64,000 nucleotides of DNA from an uncultured delta proteobacterium (GTDB lineage Bacteria > Myxococcota_A > Polyangia > Haliangiales > Haliangiaceae): the NCBI GenBank assembly GCA_963848295.1, contig CAWKDB010000010.1, forward strand, positions 3,872,001-3,936,000, in the 5' to 3' direction. The notes below the pieces were generated by a model. The model was not told where the DNA came from. It searched no databases and saw only the letters and a program-made list of their open reading frames with translations. Shown here in pieces: positions 53,331-64,000 of the stretch. The number at the start of each line of letters is the position of its first letter. Position 1 is the first letter of the stretch. Both the position numbers and the translations under genes were made by a program.

Positions 53331-54142
53331 TCTATCGCGACCAGGGCCTGGCTTGCCCCGGTTGCGGCGATCCGCTGCGCGAGTTCGCCGATCGGCTCGT
53401 GTGCGACGCGTGCGGCGGCATGTTGATCCGCGTCGAGGACTTCGCGCGTGCGCTCGCGGGCGTCGGCGGGCTCGAGCTCCGCGTCGTCCCGGATTCCGTG
53501 ACCCAGCGCGCGTGTCCGCGCTGCGCGACGCTGTTGCGATCGTGTCGCGTGTTCGCCGGCGCCGACTCGATCGATGAAGACATCCTGGGCTGCGTGCATC
53601 ACGGCCTGTGGTTCGCCGGCGGCATGCTCGAGTCGGTGTTCGAGCAACGCGGCCGTGCAGCGCATCGCGGCGCCGGCACGACCCGTGGCTTCAATCGCGG
53701 CGGTTTCGCGAGCGCGAGCGACAGCCTCGGCATTCGCAAGTGGTGGGACAAGCCGCGGCCCACCCGACACACGCCGTTCGAGAGCTCGCTCGTCGGGCAT
53801 CTGCTCGCGTGTCCGACATGCCGCGACCCGCTCTCACTGCAAGGCATGCTGTGGAAGTGCCGCGACCACGGCGTGTTCGTCGAGAACGCCGCGCTCGCCG
53901 CGCTGATCATGGAGATGGCGCAGCAGCCGTGGGACGTGCCGCCGGTCGTGGGCAAGCTCGGCGAGCGCTGTTGCCCGGCGTGCTCGGAGCTGTTCGTCGT
54001 CGAAGACTTCGAGGGTGTGCGCGTCGATCGCTGCGCCGCGCACGGCTTCTGGTTCGAGCCGTCGACGCTCGAAGCGGCGCTCGCGCACGCCGGCGCCGCG
54101 GCGCGCCCCGAACCCAGCTGGCTGCGCCGGTTCTTCGGCTAG
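53327..54142 (+). CDS. Multi zinc-ribbon (zf-TFIIB-like) protein
   Basis: Four CPxC ribbons, C..HG.WF motifs; ATGA overlap. Confidence 0.8.
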   Translation: MIYRDQGLACPGCGDPLREFADRLVCDACGGMLIRVEDFARALAGVGGLELRVVPDSVTQRACPRCATLLRSCRVFAGADSIDEDILGCVHHGLWFAGGMLESVFEQRGRAAHRGAGTTRGFNRGGFASASDSLGIRKWWDKPRPTRHTPFESSLVGHLLACPTCRDPLSLQGMLWKCRDHGVFVENAALAALIMEMAQQPWDVPPVVGKLGERCCPACSELFVVEDFEGVRVDRCAAHGFWFEPSTLEAALAHAGAAARPEPSWLRRFFG

Positions 54143-54157
54143 GTCTTCTGCGTTAGG

Positions 54158-54862
54158 TCAGGCTTCGAGCGCGACCGTGATCGCCCTGGCGAGCGCGGCG
54201 GGCTGCTCGAGCGTCGGGTCGTGGCCGCAGTCTGCGATCAGCGCGCGATGCGCGCCGGGCAACGACCGCGCGAGCTGCGCGTAGGCGGTATCGTCGGCGC
54301 CGGCGAGCCACGCGATGCGATGCGCGAGCGCCGGCAGCGCGGGGCGATAGTCCGGCATCGCGCCGGTGCCCATGACCTCGAGACAACGCGCGAGCTGCTC
54401 GGGATCGAGCGCGAGCCGCCGAGCGCGCCGTGCGGCGAGTTGGTCCGCGGCGACTCGGCGCTGGCTCGCGAACAACGGCTGCGCGGTCCACGCGTCGGCG
54501 AACTCGGCGATCCCGCGCGCGCGCAGCCCCGCGGCCCAGCGGGCGTCGTTCGCGATCCGCGCCGGGCGCTCGCCACCAGCGATCCCCGGGTTGCAGCCGA
54601 TCAGCACCGCCCGCAAGCTCGCACCCGCGGCGAGCACTCCGAGCGCGACCCGCGCACCGAACGAGTAGCCGACGACCGCGTCGCAGCCGACCAGCGCGTC
54701 GTTCACCACGGCGAGATTGTCGGCCCAGGTCGCGCGCACCGGGCCACCGCCGTGGCCGGGCAGCGCGATCGCGCGCGCTTCGATCGCGGCGGGCAGGCGA
54801 GCGATGACCGCATCCCAAGCGGACGGATCGCCGGCGAAGCCGTGCAGCAACGCGCACTTCAT
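54158..54862 (-). CDS. Alpha/beta hydrolase, MenH-like
   Basis: LLHGFAG, LPGHG, GYSFGAR, W.AQPLFASQ, GH. Confidence 0.85.
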   Translation of the reverse strand: MKCALLHGFAGDPSAWDAVIARLPAAIEARAIALPGHGGGPVRATWADNLAVVNDALVGCDAVVGYSFGARVALGVLAAGASLRAVLIGCNPGIAGGERPARIANDARWAAGLRARGIAEFADAWTAQPLFASQRRVAADQLAARRARRLALDPEQLARCLEVMGTGAMPDYRPALPALAHRIAWLAGADDTAYAQLARSLPGAHRALIADCGHDPTLEQPAALARAITVALEA

Positions 54863-54891
54863 GCGGCGCGAAGCTACCCCGTCTAGGACGC

Positions 54892-55497
54892 TCAGAGCGT
54901 CGTGATCTGCGGCGCGAGCACGAGCTTGACGAACTCCTCGCGGGTCGCCAACGACTCGAGGAACACGCCGCGCACACCACTGGTGACGAGCCGAGCTTCG
55001 TGCGCCCCGACACCTCGCGCCGCCATACACATGTGCAAGCCCTCGACGTAGACCGCGGAGCCGGCACTCTGCAGCTGGACGTGCAGGATGTCGGCGAGCT
55101 CGTGCGTGAGGTCTTCTTGCAAGCGCGGCGCGCGCGCGACGAGCTTGGCGATCCGCGTCAGCTTCGACAGCCCGAGCACCTTGTGCGTCGGGATGTACGC
55201 CATCGAGATGCGATAGATCACCGGCAGCAAATGGTGCGGGCACACTCCGAACGCGGTGTTGTGCTTCGAGATCACCATCTCGGTGTACTTCGCGGGGAAC
55301 GTCTTCGCTAACAGCGCGTCGATCTCGGTCTGCACGTGTTTTTCGTCGTGGATCAGCTCGTGGAGCGCCTTCGCCGCGCGCTTCGCGGTGTCGGTGAAGT
55401 TCTCGTCCGCGGCGTCATAGCCGAGCTGCGCGATGCCCTTGAGGATCGACTCGTAGCCGGTCGTGAAGAGCGAGAGGGCTTTGGGGTCGAGCTCCAT
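54892..55497 (-). CDS. folE: GTP cyclohydrolase I
   Basis: CPHHLLP, GLSKL.R, PRLQE, HMCM..RGV. Confidence 0.93.
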   Translation of the reverse strand: MELDPKALSLFTTGYESILKGIAQLGYDAADENFTDTAKRAAKALHELIHDEKHVQTEIDALLAKTFPAKYTEMVISKHNTAFGVCPHHLLPVIYRISMAYIPTHKVLGLSKLTRIAKLVARAPRLQEDLTHELADILHVQLQSAGSAVYVEGLHMCMAARGVGAHEARLVTSGVRGVFLESLATREEFVKLVLAPQITTL

Positions 55498-56834
55498 GGC
55501 GAGTCCTTGTACTTGGCGAGGATGGCGGTGGTCGCGGCCGCGACGCCGAGCTCACCCGCCGAGGTGATCGCGACCCGCGCGAACGCGTCGTAGCTCGGAT
55601 CAGCGCGATCGACAAGTCGGGCGGACGCCCGACGCGTAGCGCCGCCGGAGGCGGGGCGGAGTAGATCGACAAGTCGGGCGGACGCCCGACGCGTAGCGCC
55701 GCCGGAGGCGGGGCGGAGTAGATCGACAAGTCGGGCGGACGCCCGACGCGTAGCGCCGCCGGAGGCGGGGCGGAGTAGATCGACAAGTCGGGCGGACGCC
55801 CGACGCGTAGCGCCGCCGGAGGCGGGGCGGAGTAGATCGACAAGTCGGGCGGACGCCCGACGCGTAGCGCCGCCGGAGGCGGGGCGGAGTAGATCGACAA
55901 GTCGGGGCGGCATCACGGCGCGAAAAACCGCCACGCGCAATCGCCGGTGCGTGAGCGTCTGATCGTGGAACGCCACAGGCTCGCGATCGACGGCCGTGAC
56001 GCCGAGTCGGCGCGCGATCTCCAGTCGGTCGTCGGACTGCGGCAGCTCCCACAAGCCACCGAACAGCCCGTTCGGCGCTCGCCGAGCGAGCACGATCTCG
56101 CCCGCGTGCTCGAGCCACAACGCCGCGCGCGACAGGATCGGCAACTCGCTATGCTTGCGCCGCTTCGCGACGACCGGAAGCTGGCTCTGGCGCCCGGTGC
56201 GGCGCGCCGCGCACGAGCTCGCGATCGGACACGCGCCGCAGCTCGGCGAGGCCTTGCTGCACGTGGTCGCGCCGAGCTCCATCAGGCCTTGGTTGAGATC
56301 GCCGGGTGCCGCCGTCGCGGGCAAGGCCGCCATCAGCTCGCCGGCGCGTCGCCACAGCTCGCGCTGACCGCGCGTCGACTTGATGTCGTCGGTGATCGCG
56401 TAGACCCGCGCCAGCACGCGCGCGACGTTGCCGTCGACGAGGGGCGTGCGCTCGCCGAACGCGATCGACGCGATCGCACCCGCGGTGTACGCGCCGATGC
56501 CCGGGACCGCGCGCAGCTCGGAGGCGCGTCGCGGCAATCCGGTGCGAAACGCCTTCGCGCCGGCGTGGAGGTTGCGCGCGCGCGAGTAGTAGCCCAGGCC
56601 CGCCCACGCGGCGAGCACGTCGTCGAGCGGCGCGGTCGCGAGCGCGCCGAGCGTCGGGAACGCGGCCATCCAGCGCCGCCAGTACGGCACGACGGTCTCG
56701 ACCCGCGTCTGTTGCAGCATGACCTCGCTGACCCAGATCGCGTACGGATCACGCGTGCGCCGCCACGGCAGGTCGCGACGAACGCGTTGGAAATGCGCGA
56801 CGACGGCGGTCGCGATCTCTACAGCGGGCGGCAC
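55353..56834 (-). CDS. mutY: A/G-specific adenine glycosylase with tandem-repeat insertion
   Basis: WVSEVMLQQT, GLGYYSRARNLH, PGIGAYTA, VDGNVARV, Cx6Cx2Cx5C, GLWELP. Confidence 0.95.
   Translation of the reverse strand: MPPAVEIATAVVAHFQRVRRDLPWRRTRDPYAIWVSEVMLQQTRVETVVPYWRRWMAAFPTLGALATAPLDDVLAAWAGLGYYSRARNLHAGAKAFRTGLPRRASELRAVPGIGAYTAGAIASIAFGERTPLVDGNVARVLARVYAITDDIKSTRGQRELWRRAGELMAALPATAAPGDLNQGLMELGATTCSKASPSCGACPIASSCAARRTGRQSQLPVVAKRRKHSELPILSRAALWLEHAGEIVLARRAPNGLFGGLWELPQSDDRLEIARRLGVTAVDREPVAFHDQTLTHRRLRVAVFRAVMPPRLVDLLRPASGGATRRASARLVDLLRPASGGATRRASARLVDLLRPASGGATRRASARLVDLLRPASGGATRRASARLVDLLRPASGGATRRASARLVDRADPSYDAFARVAITSAGELGVAAATTAILAKYKDSPWSSTPKPSRSSRPATSRSSRASRSSAMTPRTRTSPTPRSARRRRSTS
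55607..55906. repeat. 57-bp tandem repeat, 5 identical copies plus 15 bp
   Basis: GATCGACAAGTCGGGCGGACGCCCGACGCGTAGCGCCGCCGGAGGCGGGGCGGAGTA at 55607, 55664, 55721, 55778, 55835; partial at 55892. Confidence 0.97.
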
Positions 56835-56925
56835 GCCCGCACCGTATCAGTTGCCCCAGGGGACTCTTTCGCCGTAGGGATCAACGCGTCCTTGCTGCGC
56901 CGGACGCGTTGTCGATCGATCCGGC

Positions 56926-57684
56926 TCAATTGTACAAGTGGATCATCGCGAACACTTGCGGATCCCACTGCAATGCGAACGCGGTGGTCGACGACGTCAT
57001 ATCGTCCGCTCCGGGCACCTGCATGTCCGACTTCGTGTAGGTCAGCAGCGCGTTCGTCGCTGACAGGCTGACCTGGAGATGTTGCGACAGCCAATAGCCG
57101 ACCGCGACGCCGTAGCCGATCGCGATGGTCGTCGTGGTGGTGTTGTTGTTGTCGCCGTCGGGGTCGACCGTCTGCGTGTCGAACGACAAGCTGCCGAGCA
57201 ACTCGAGGTCGGTGTGCTTGTGCTTGATGATCGGGAACCGGACGAGCGCGCCCAAGCCGAGCTCGGTCGTCGCGTCGGTCGCCGTCGGGGCACCGGTGCC
57301 GGTGTCGGTCGTCGTCGACGAATGCGCGAGGCGAAGGAACGGTTCGAACTCGAGGCCGCTCACCAGTCGAACCCGAACGCTCGCGATATCCGGGGTCTCG
57401 AGAGACGTCGTCCCGTTGATGTTGTAGCCGGCACCGATCGCGATCGCGAGACTCTGCGGTCGGTCGGCGAGCGGCTCGGCAGGCGCGGACGGCTGTACGG
57501 GAGCCGGTGCTGGAGCCGGAGCCGGCGCGGGAGCCGGCGCAGGTGCAGGCGTCGGTGCGGGCGCCGGGTGCCCCATCGCCGGAGTCGGCGGCAGCTCGTC
57601 GTCGCCCGGTGCGGGTTGTGCTCTGGCCACGCGAGTGGCGCCGAGCGCGAGTGGGATCGTCAGCGCCAGTGTCGAATACCTCAT
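56926..57684 (-). CDS. Outer-membrane beta-barrel protein
   Basis: Signal peptide, (PA)n linker, amphipathic strands, ends IHLYN. Confidence 0.8.
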   Translation of the reverse strand: MRYSTLALTIPLALGATRVARAQPAPGDDELPPTPAMGHPAPAPTPAPAPAPAPAPAPAPAPVQPSAPAEPLADRPQSLAIAIGAGYNINGTTSLETPDIASVRVRLVSGLEFEPFLRLAHSSTTTDTGTGAPTATDATTELGLGALVRFPIIKHKHTDLELLGSLSFDTQTVDPDGDNNNTTTTTIAIGYGVAVGYWLSQHLQVSLSATNALLTYTKSDMQVPGADDMTSSTTAFALQWDPQVFAMIHLYN

Positions 57685-57697
57685 CTACAGTTCTCCT

Positions 57698-57967
57698 TTA
57701 GGGCTGCTGCTGCTGCTGGAAGCAAAGGGGGGTGCACTCGTTCTCCATCGCGGCGCAGGCGCGCTCGTTATCGAAGACGCACTCGACGCACGCGGTAGAT
57801 GCCGAGCCGACCGCGGCGCTGATCTGCGAGGCGCAAGCGGCGTTGCCGGGATCGATGCAGTTGCACAACGAATCGACGACCTCGCCGTTCTCTTGCGCTT
57901 GAGTCGTGCCATGGCACGCCGCGAACGCCGCGCAGACGAATAGGACAGTGCCGACGAATCGCCGCAT
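57698..57967 (-). CDS. Small Cys-rich lipoprotein
   Basis: FAAC lipobox plus eight further Cys; GAGGA RBS. Confidence 0.7.
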   Translation of the reverse strand: MRRFVGTVLFVCAAFAACHGTTQAQENGEVVDSLCNCIDPGNAACASQISAAVGSASTACVECVFDNERACAAMENECTPLCFQQQQQP

Positions 57968-58021
57968 GGGCAGATCCTCGCTGGGACATCCTGCCCCCGC
58001 AAGTTTTTGTACGCCTAACCG

Positions 58022-58717
58022 CTACATCGCCGCGATTTGCCACACGCGCCACACGACGCCGCCCTGGGGGTCGCGCAGCACGACCACGAGCTGGCCGTCC
58101 TGAGGGTCGCTCGGTAACACGTGCAGGAACGCGTCGTGCTCGTCGTCGTCGTGCATCGTCCCGCACGAGGTCAGCCAGTTCACCTGATCGCTGTGGTCGG
58201 CGGTGATCTCGAGTGGCTCGTCGGTATCGGCCGGGACCGTGAGCGAGTCGGTGGCCGCGCCGACCGCCGAGCCCGCGATCGTGATCGGCCCGAGCACCGG
58301 GTTGTCGGCCGCGTCGCCGAGGTACATCGTCTTGACCGCGTTGAGCGTGATGCCGTTGCTCGGTGCGAACGCGATCCCGAGCACGAGCGGCACCGGCGAG
58401 CCCGGCGGTAACATCATCTGGGTCCGCGCCGCATCGATCACGCCTTCGCTCGGCGCGGTCACGGTCCAGGCGCCCGCCGCGTACACCGGATCGGCGACGC
58501 CGGGAAACGGAATCGCGATCGTGACGCCGATCGGCGCTTCGAGGTCGGTCGGTGCACCACCCGAGTGCGCGAGGAAGCCATCGATCGTCGACGTCGCGCC
58601 CGCGGGAATGTGCGGCGGGGTCGCGCGCACCGCGATGATCCGATCGTGATCGAGCTGCCAGCGTGGATCGACGTCGCCGCAGGCTGCGACCGCGACGAGC
58701 AACGCGAAGCGCTTCAC
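58022..58717 (-). CDS. Hypothetical lipoprotein coupled to TonB-dependent receptor
   Basis: VAAC lipobox, RIIAVRATPP, VVLRD.QGG; GTGA overlap. Confidence 0.8.
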   Translation of the reverse strand: MKRFALLVAVAACGDVDPRWQLDHDRIIAVRATPPHIPAGATSTIDGFLAHSGGAPTDLEAPIGVTIAIPFPGVADPVYAAGAWTVTAPSEGVIDAARTQMMLPPGSPVPLVLGIAFAPSNGITLNAVKTMYLGDAADNPVLGPITIAGSAVGAATDSLTVPADTDEPLEITADHSDQVNWLTSCGTMHDDDEHDAFLHVLPSDPQDGQLVVVLRDPQGGVVWRVWQIAAM

Positions 58718-61077
58718 AGCACGCCTCGCAGGCCGATCGACGGGATGATCGGGATCGACTTGAACGCGGTCTGTTGCGTGTAGTCGTAGCTGTAGAAATA
58801 CGCGGCGACGCTCTGGTCGAGGTAGACGTTCTGGACGTCGAGGAACCAGGTCATGTTGACCGGGCCCCACTTGAAGAAGCGATCGACCCGGATGTCGAGC
58901 TCGTGATGGATCGGCGCGCGCTCCGAGTTGGTCGGGCCGTAGATCGGGATGTACGTGTTCGTGTCGCTGTTGAACACCGAGCCGGTCACCGGCGTGTAGG
59001 GCAGCCCGGAGTAGAGCTGGAAGCGACCGCCGAGCTGCCACTTGCCCTTGCGCCAGCTCAACGCCGCGTTGAGGCTATGCGGTTGGTCGTAGTCGAACAG
59101 CCGTTCGGGATCGCCCGGATGATCGACGCGCGTCGAGTGCGAGTACGAGTACGCGAGCCACGCGAACCACGGGCCCTGGCGGTGGGTCGCGAGCAGCTCG
59201 GCGCCGTACGTCGTGCCGCGGCCGTCGTTGATCAGGCTCTTGCCATCGGCGCCGTAGACGAGCAGGTCGGTGCGATCGGTGTAGTAGAACGAGGTCTGGA
59301 TCCGCGTGCCCTCGCGCGGCTCGTACTCGAGGCCGGTGATCACCTGCGTCGACTTCTCGGGGTGGACGTTGCTCGCCAGGAGCTCGCTCTGGTACTCGGG
59401 CGGCCGGACGTAGCCGCCCGACGACAGTCGAGCGGTCAGGTGCTTCGACAGCTTGATCGCGAGCTCGCCGCGCGGCTGGATCGAGAAGTCGTGGATCCGC
59501 GCGAACTCGTCGACGCGCAAGCCGACCGTGAACTTGATCCGCGGATCGAGCGCGGCCGACAGCGCCATCCACTCCGCGAAGTCCGGCGTCCAGACGATGC
59601 CGTCGAACGTCTCGCTGGTGTCGTTCGGATCATTCCTCGTCGGCGGCGGTTGGCCCTCGCGCACTTCTTGGGGCAGCGCGAGCTGGATGCGATTGCGCGT
59701 GCCGACCGCTTCGCCACCGAACCGCCACGTCACGTGCTCGAGCCCGGCGAGCTCGTCGAACGTGCGCGTGACCTCGCCGCGTCCGGTCAAGCTCGGCGAT
59801 TGCACGTCGACGTGTTGCACCGCGCCGGCCTCGAACTCGAACTCGGGCAGCATCGTCGAGAGCGCGAGGTTCGCCGACCACGGTCCGTCGTGGTACCGCG
59901 CGCCGCCGGTGATCCGGATGAACCGCGTGCGCGTGAAGAACCGCTTGTCGGGGTTCTCGGTCTTGTCCGCGTAGAGCTCGAGCTGGTCGTCGGAGCCCAC
60001 GCTCGACAGCCGCAGGTCCCAGTGACTCGACAGCTTGTGATCGATGCGCAGCTGCTCGTCGTAGTACGCCGGCACTTCGGTCAACGACAGATCCGCGCTC
60101 GCCGGAATCAGATAGGGAAAGATCTGATCGATGATGGAGCGCCGGAACGCGACGAGGTAGTGCGTGTCGCCACCCTGCGCCGACCCTTGCGCGATCACGC
60201 CGCCATCGATCACCGAGACTTCAGCCTGCTCGCTGATCTTGTCCGAGCCGGGCCGCGTCGTGAGGTTGACGATGCCGGAGGCCGCGCGCCCGAACGCGAC
60301 GTCGAAGCCGCCCGGGATGTAGTCGAGCTTCTCGATCGACTCGGCCGGGATGATCGAGCGGAAGCCGATGTCATGGTAGAGCGTCGGCACTTCAAAATCG
60401 TCGACGAGGATCTTGGAGTCCTGGGGTGACGAACCGCGGATCACGACACCGCTGTAGCCGATCGGCAGCTGGAAGTTGACGACGCCCGGCATCGCGGTCA
60501 GCGTGCGCACGACATCGTTGCCGGTGCCGGGGATCCGCTGGAGCTCTTCACGATCGAGCTTTGCAGCGCCCGGTGCCTCGGGAGGGGCCTCACCTTTGAC
60601 CTCGATCGTCTCGCCGGCCTGCTTCTCGGTGAGCATCACGATGTCATCGATGATCGGGCCGCTCGCGATCCCGAGCGCGGTCTCGAAGCCTGGAGCGTTG
60701 ATGATGATCGTCGAGCCGATCGGTGTGTCGACGAGCTGGAACCGACCGAGCCGATCCGTGACGACGATCGAGACGCTGCCTTCGAGCTGGACCAGCGCGC
60801 CGCGGAGCGGGTGCCCGGTCGAGTCGATGATCCGACCTGACACCGTGACCTTGGCCGGCGCAGGTGCAGGTGTCGGCGCTGGCGGAGTCGCGGGACCCGC
60901 CGCGGGTGCAGGTGGAGTCGCAGGGGCCGGCGCAGGTGCGGGCTCCGCCGGCGGCGCGGTGGGCTTTTGCTCCGGTGGCGTCGTGGGAGCGGGCTGCGCC
61001 TGCACCGCGCGCGACCAAATCGCGACAGTCACGCCAGCAACAACGAATACGCGCACGAGCGCGCTAGGCGTCAGCAA
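58714..61077 (-). CDS. TonB-dependent receptor
   Basis: IPGT.ND, PGV, IRGS plug, PGGFDV.FGRA; DVQNVY, IPSIGLRG end. Confidence 0.92.
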   Translation of the reverse strand: MLTPSALVRVFVVAGVTVAIWSRAVQAQPAPTTPPEQKPTAPPAEPAPAPAPATPPAPAAGPATPPAPTPAPAPAKVTVSGRIIDSTGHPLRGALVQLEGSVSIVVTDRLGRFQLVDTPIGSTIIINAPGFETALGIASGPIIDDIVMLTEKQAGETIEVKGEAPPEAPGAAKLDREELQRIPGTGNDVVRTLTAMPGVVNFQLPIGYSGVVIRGSSPQDSKILVDDFEVPTLYHDIGFRSIIPAESIEKLDYIPGGFDVAFGRAASGIVNLTTRPGSDKISEQAEVSVIDGGVIAQGSAQGGDTHYLVAFRRSIIDQIFPYLIPASADLSLTEVPAYYDEQLRIDHKLSSHWDLRLSSVGSDDQLELYADKTENPDKRFFTRTRFIRITGGARYHDGPWSANLALSTMLPEFEFEAGAVQHVDVQSPSLTGRGEVTRTFDELAGLEHVTWRFGGEAVGTRNRIQLALPQEVREGQPPPTRNDPNDTSETFDGIVWTPDFAEWMALSAALDPRIKFTVGLRVDEFARIHDFSIQPRGELAIKLSKHLTARLSSGGYVRPPEYQSELLASNVHPEKSTQVITGLEYEPREGTRIQTSFYYTDRTDLLVYGADGKSLINDGRGTTYGAELLATHRQGPWFAWLAYSYSHSTRVDHPGDPERLFDYDQPHSLNAALSWRKGKWQLGGRFQLYSGLPYTPVTGSVFNSDTNTYIPIYGPTNSERAPIHHELDIRVDRFFKWGPVNMTWFLDVQNVYLDQSVAAYFYSYDYTQQTAFKSIPIIPSIGLRGVL

Positions 61078-61276
61078 CCGCCGTGCCTGATCGAACGGCG
61101 TCGCCAGCCCATTTGGGCGGGTCCGGTCTGCGTAGATCTCCGACAGGTGCTGGCTTTCTGTCCACGTTCGCGATCGTGTGCGGACGCGGGCAGGCTAACA
61201 GCCCGGTCGTGCCATTGCCGTCGGACGGGACTCAATCATCACTGCGGCGCAACGCCGCGGGGGCGATCTCGCGCCG

Positions 61277-61311
61277 AAAATGCGAAGGGGCCCCACGAAC
61301 GGGCCCCTCGC
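61277..61311 (-). terminator. Rho-independent terminator after groEL
   Basis: AGGGGCCC/GGGCCCCT stem followed by TTTT on minus strand. Confidence 0.75.
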
Positions 61312-61341
61312 GTACTCGACGCTAGTCGAGATCAGTCGTCC

Positions 61342-62978
<1,637 letters not shown>

Positions 62979-63022
62979 GGCTGTTGGTTCCTTGCGTGTG
63001 AGAGTGCGTGTGAAAGTCGGGG

Positions 63023-63310
63023 TTAGTCGAGAACGGCGAGGAGATCTTCTTCACGAAGGATCAGGTGCTCTTCGCCGTCGATCTTGATGTCCGAGCCGCT
63101 GTACTTGCTGAACAGCACGCGGTCACCCGCCTTGACGTCGAGCGGGATCAACTTCCCGTTCTTGTCATGCTTGCCAGCGCCAACGGCGATGACCTTGGCC
63201 TGGACCGGCTTCTCTTTCGCCGAGTCGGGAATGAACAGGCCACCAGAGGTCTTGGTCTCTTCATCGAGACGCTTGACCAAGATACGATCGTGCAACGGAC
63301 GGATTTTCAT
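63023..63310 (-). CDS. groS: Co-chaperonin GroES
   Basis: [21 protein letters not shown]. Confidence 0.97.
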   Translation of the reverse strand: MKIRPLHDRILVKRLDEETKTSGGLFIPDSAKEKPVQAKVIAVGAGKHDKNGKLIPLDVKAGDRVLFSKYSGSDIKIDGEEHLILREEDLLAVLD

Positions 63311-63366
63311 CGGTGCTCTCCCAGAAAATGATTTCTCGCAGCTACCTTTAGCCACCGTTGGCGGCT

Positions 63367-63393
63367 TTGGCAACCCCTGGTGGCGAGTGCTAA
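63367..63393 (-). promoter_or_regulatory. CIRCE element (HrcA operator)
   Basis: Minus strand TTAGCACTC-N9-GGTTGCCAA upstream of groES. Confidence 0.85.
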
Positions 63394-63490
63394 CAGCTAG
63401 CCGTATTTAGTAATGATTGTAATATATTGCGATTGATGAAACACGTCGTGCGGCGGCCGGTGATGGGCTCGTGGTAAATCGGCGACGCAG

Positions 63491-64000
63491 ATGGCGCTGA
63501 CCGACTACGAAAAGTACATCCGCACCGAAGAGCTGCTGTCGCTGCAGAAGTCGCCCGAGGCGATGACGTGTCACGACGAGATGCAGTTCCAGATCGTGCA
63601 CCAGGCGCACGAGCTGTACATGAAGCTGATCGACCACGAGCTGCGGTTCGTGTGCGAGCTGCTCGCGGCGGACGAGGTCGCGCGCGCGGTCACGACGCTC
63701 GGCCGGATCGCGCGAGCGCTGCGCGTGCTGCTGCAGTCGATCGAGCTGCTAGACACGATGGCGCCGACCGACTACATGACGATCCGCACCGGACTGGGCC
63801 GTGGCTCGGGCCAGGAGTCGCCGGGGTTTCGCACGCTGTTGAAGCTCCCTGGCGAGATCGTGTGGCCGGCGTTCGCGAGCTTTCTCGAGCGTCGCAAGCT
63901 GACGCTGCGCGAGATCTACGAGCACCCGCATGATCATCACGCGGTGTTTCAACTATGCGAAGGGCTCGTCGAGTACGACCAGCTGCTGCAGATGTGGCGG
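63491..64000 (+). CDS. kynA: Tryptophan 2,3-dioxygenase family, 3'-truncated by window edge
   Basis: Own translation: MALTDYEKYIRTEELLSLQK, HDEMQFQIVHQAHEL, GSGQESPGFR. Confidence 0.88.
   Translation, partial: MALTDYEKYIRTEELLSLQKSPEAMTCHDEMQFQIVHQAHELYMKLIDHELRFVCELLAADEVARAVTTLGRIARALRVLLQSIELLDTMAPTDYMTIRTGLGRGSGQESPGFRTLLKLPGEIVWPAFASFLERRKLTLREIYEHPHDHHAVFQLCEGLVEYDQLLQMWR

Noticed and set aside
55353..55497. 145-bp mutY/folE overlap as a special feature
   Set aside because: The extension is low-complexity read-through into folE, common where stops are rare; an indel cannot be excluded.
55607..55906. CRISPR array
   Set aside because: Units are contiguous and identical with no spacers, lie in frame in mutY, and no cas genes are present.
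57480..57600. Pro-Ala repeats (also about 11330-11510 and 60850-60990)
   Set aside because: Ordinary linkers after signal peptides with degenerate codons.

Overview
GC-rich bacterial chromosome segment. The gene repertoire (FHA/sigma54 activator, Ser/Thr kinase, MYXO-CTERM-like tails, many lipoproteins) suggests Myxococcota; this is an inference. Left to right: the end of a probable tRNA-His-integrated element (partial HEPN gene plus tRNA 3' fragment); an arsenic cluster (arsR-acr3-arsC-arsM-sigZ, second arsC, gapdh-arsJ, lone pstS) whose two divergent promoters share a 27-bp motif; a three-gene operon encoding a Cys/Gly-rich lipoprotein with a C-terminal sorting tail and an Lgt-like enzyme fused through an internal signal peptide to a beta-barrel; rph-rdgB; a kinase/sigma54 module; ECF/FecR genes; housekeeping genes; a 7-heme cytochrome; a fabH fragment beside a RelE/ParE TA pair; a HEAT-repeat protein with a HEPN-like C-terminus; mutY-folE; a TonB-receptor cluster; CIRCE-groES-groEL (two +1 frameshifts, probably sequencing errors); partial kynA. 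Most notable: the Lgt-fusion operon, and a 57-bp two-hairpin element inserted in frame in two unrelated genes (5 tandem copies in mutY, 1 in the cytochrome). All calls come from motif reading by eye; no searches were run.
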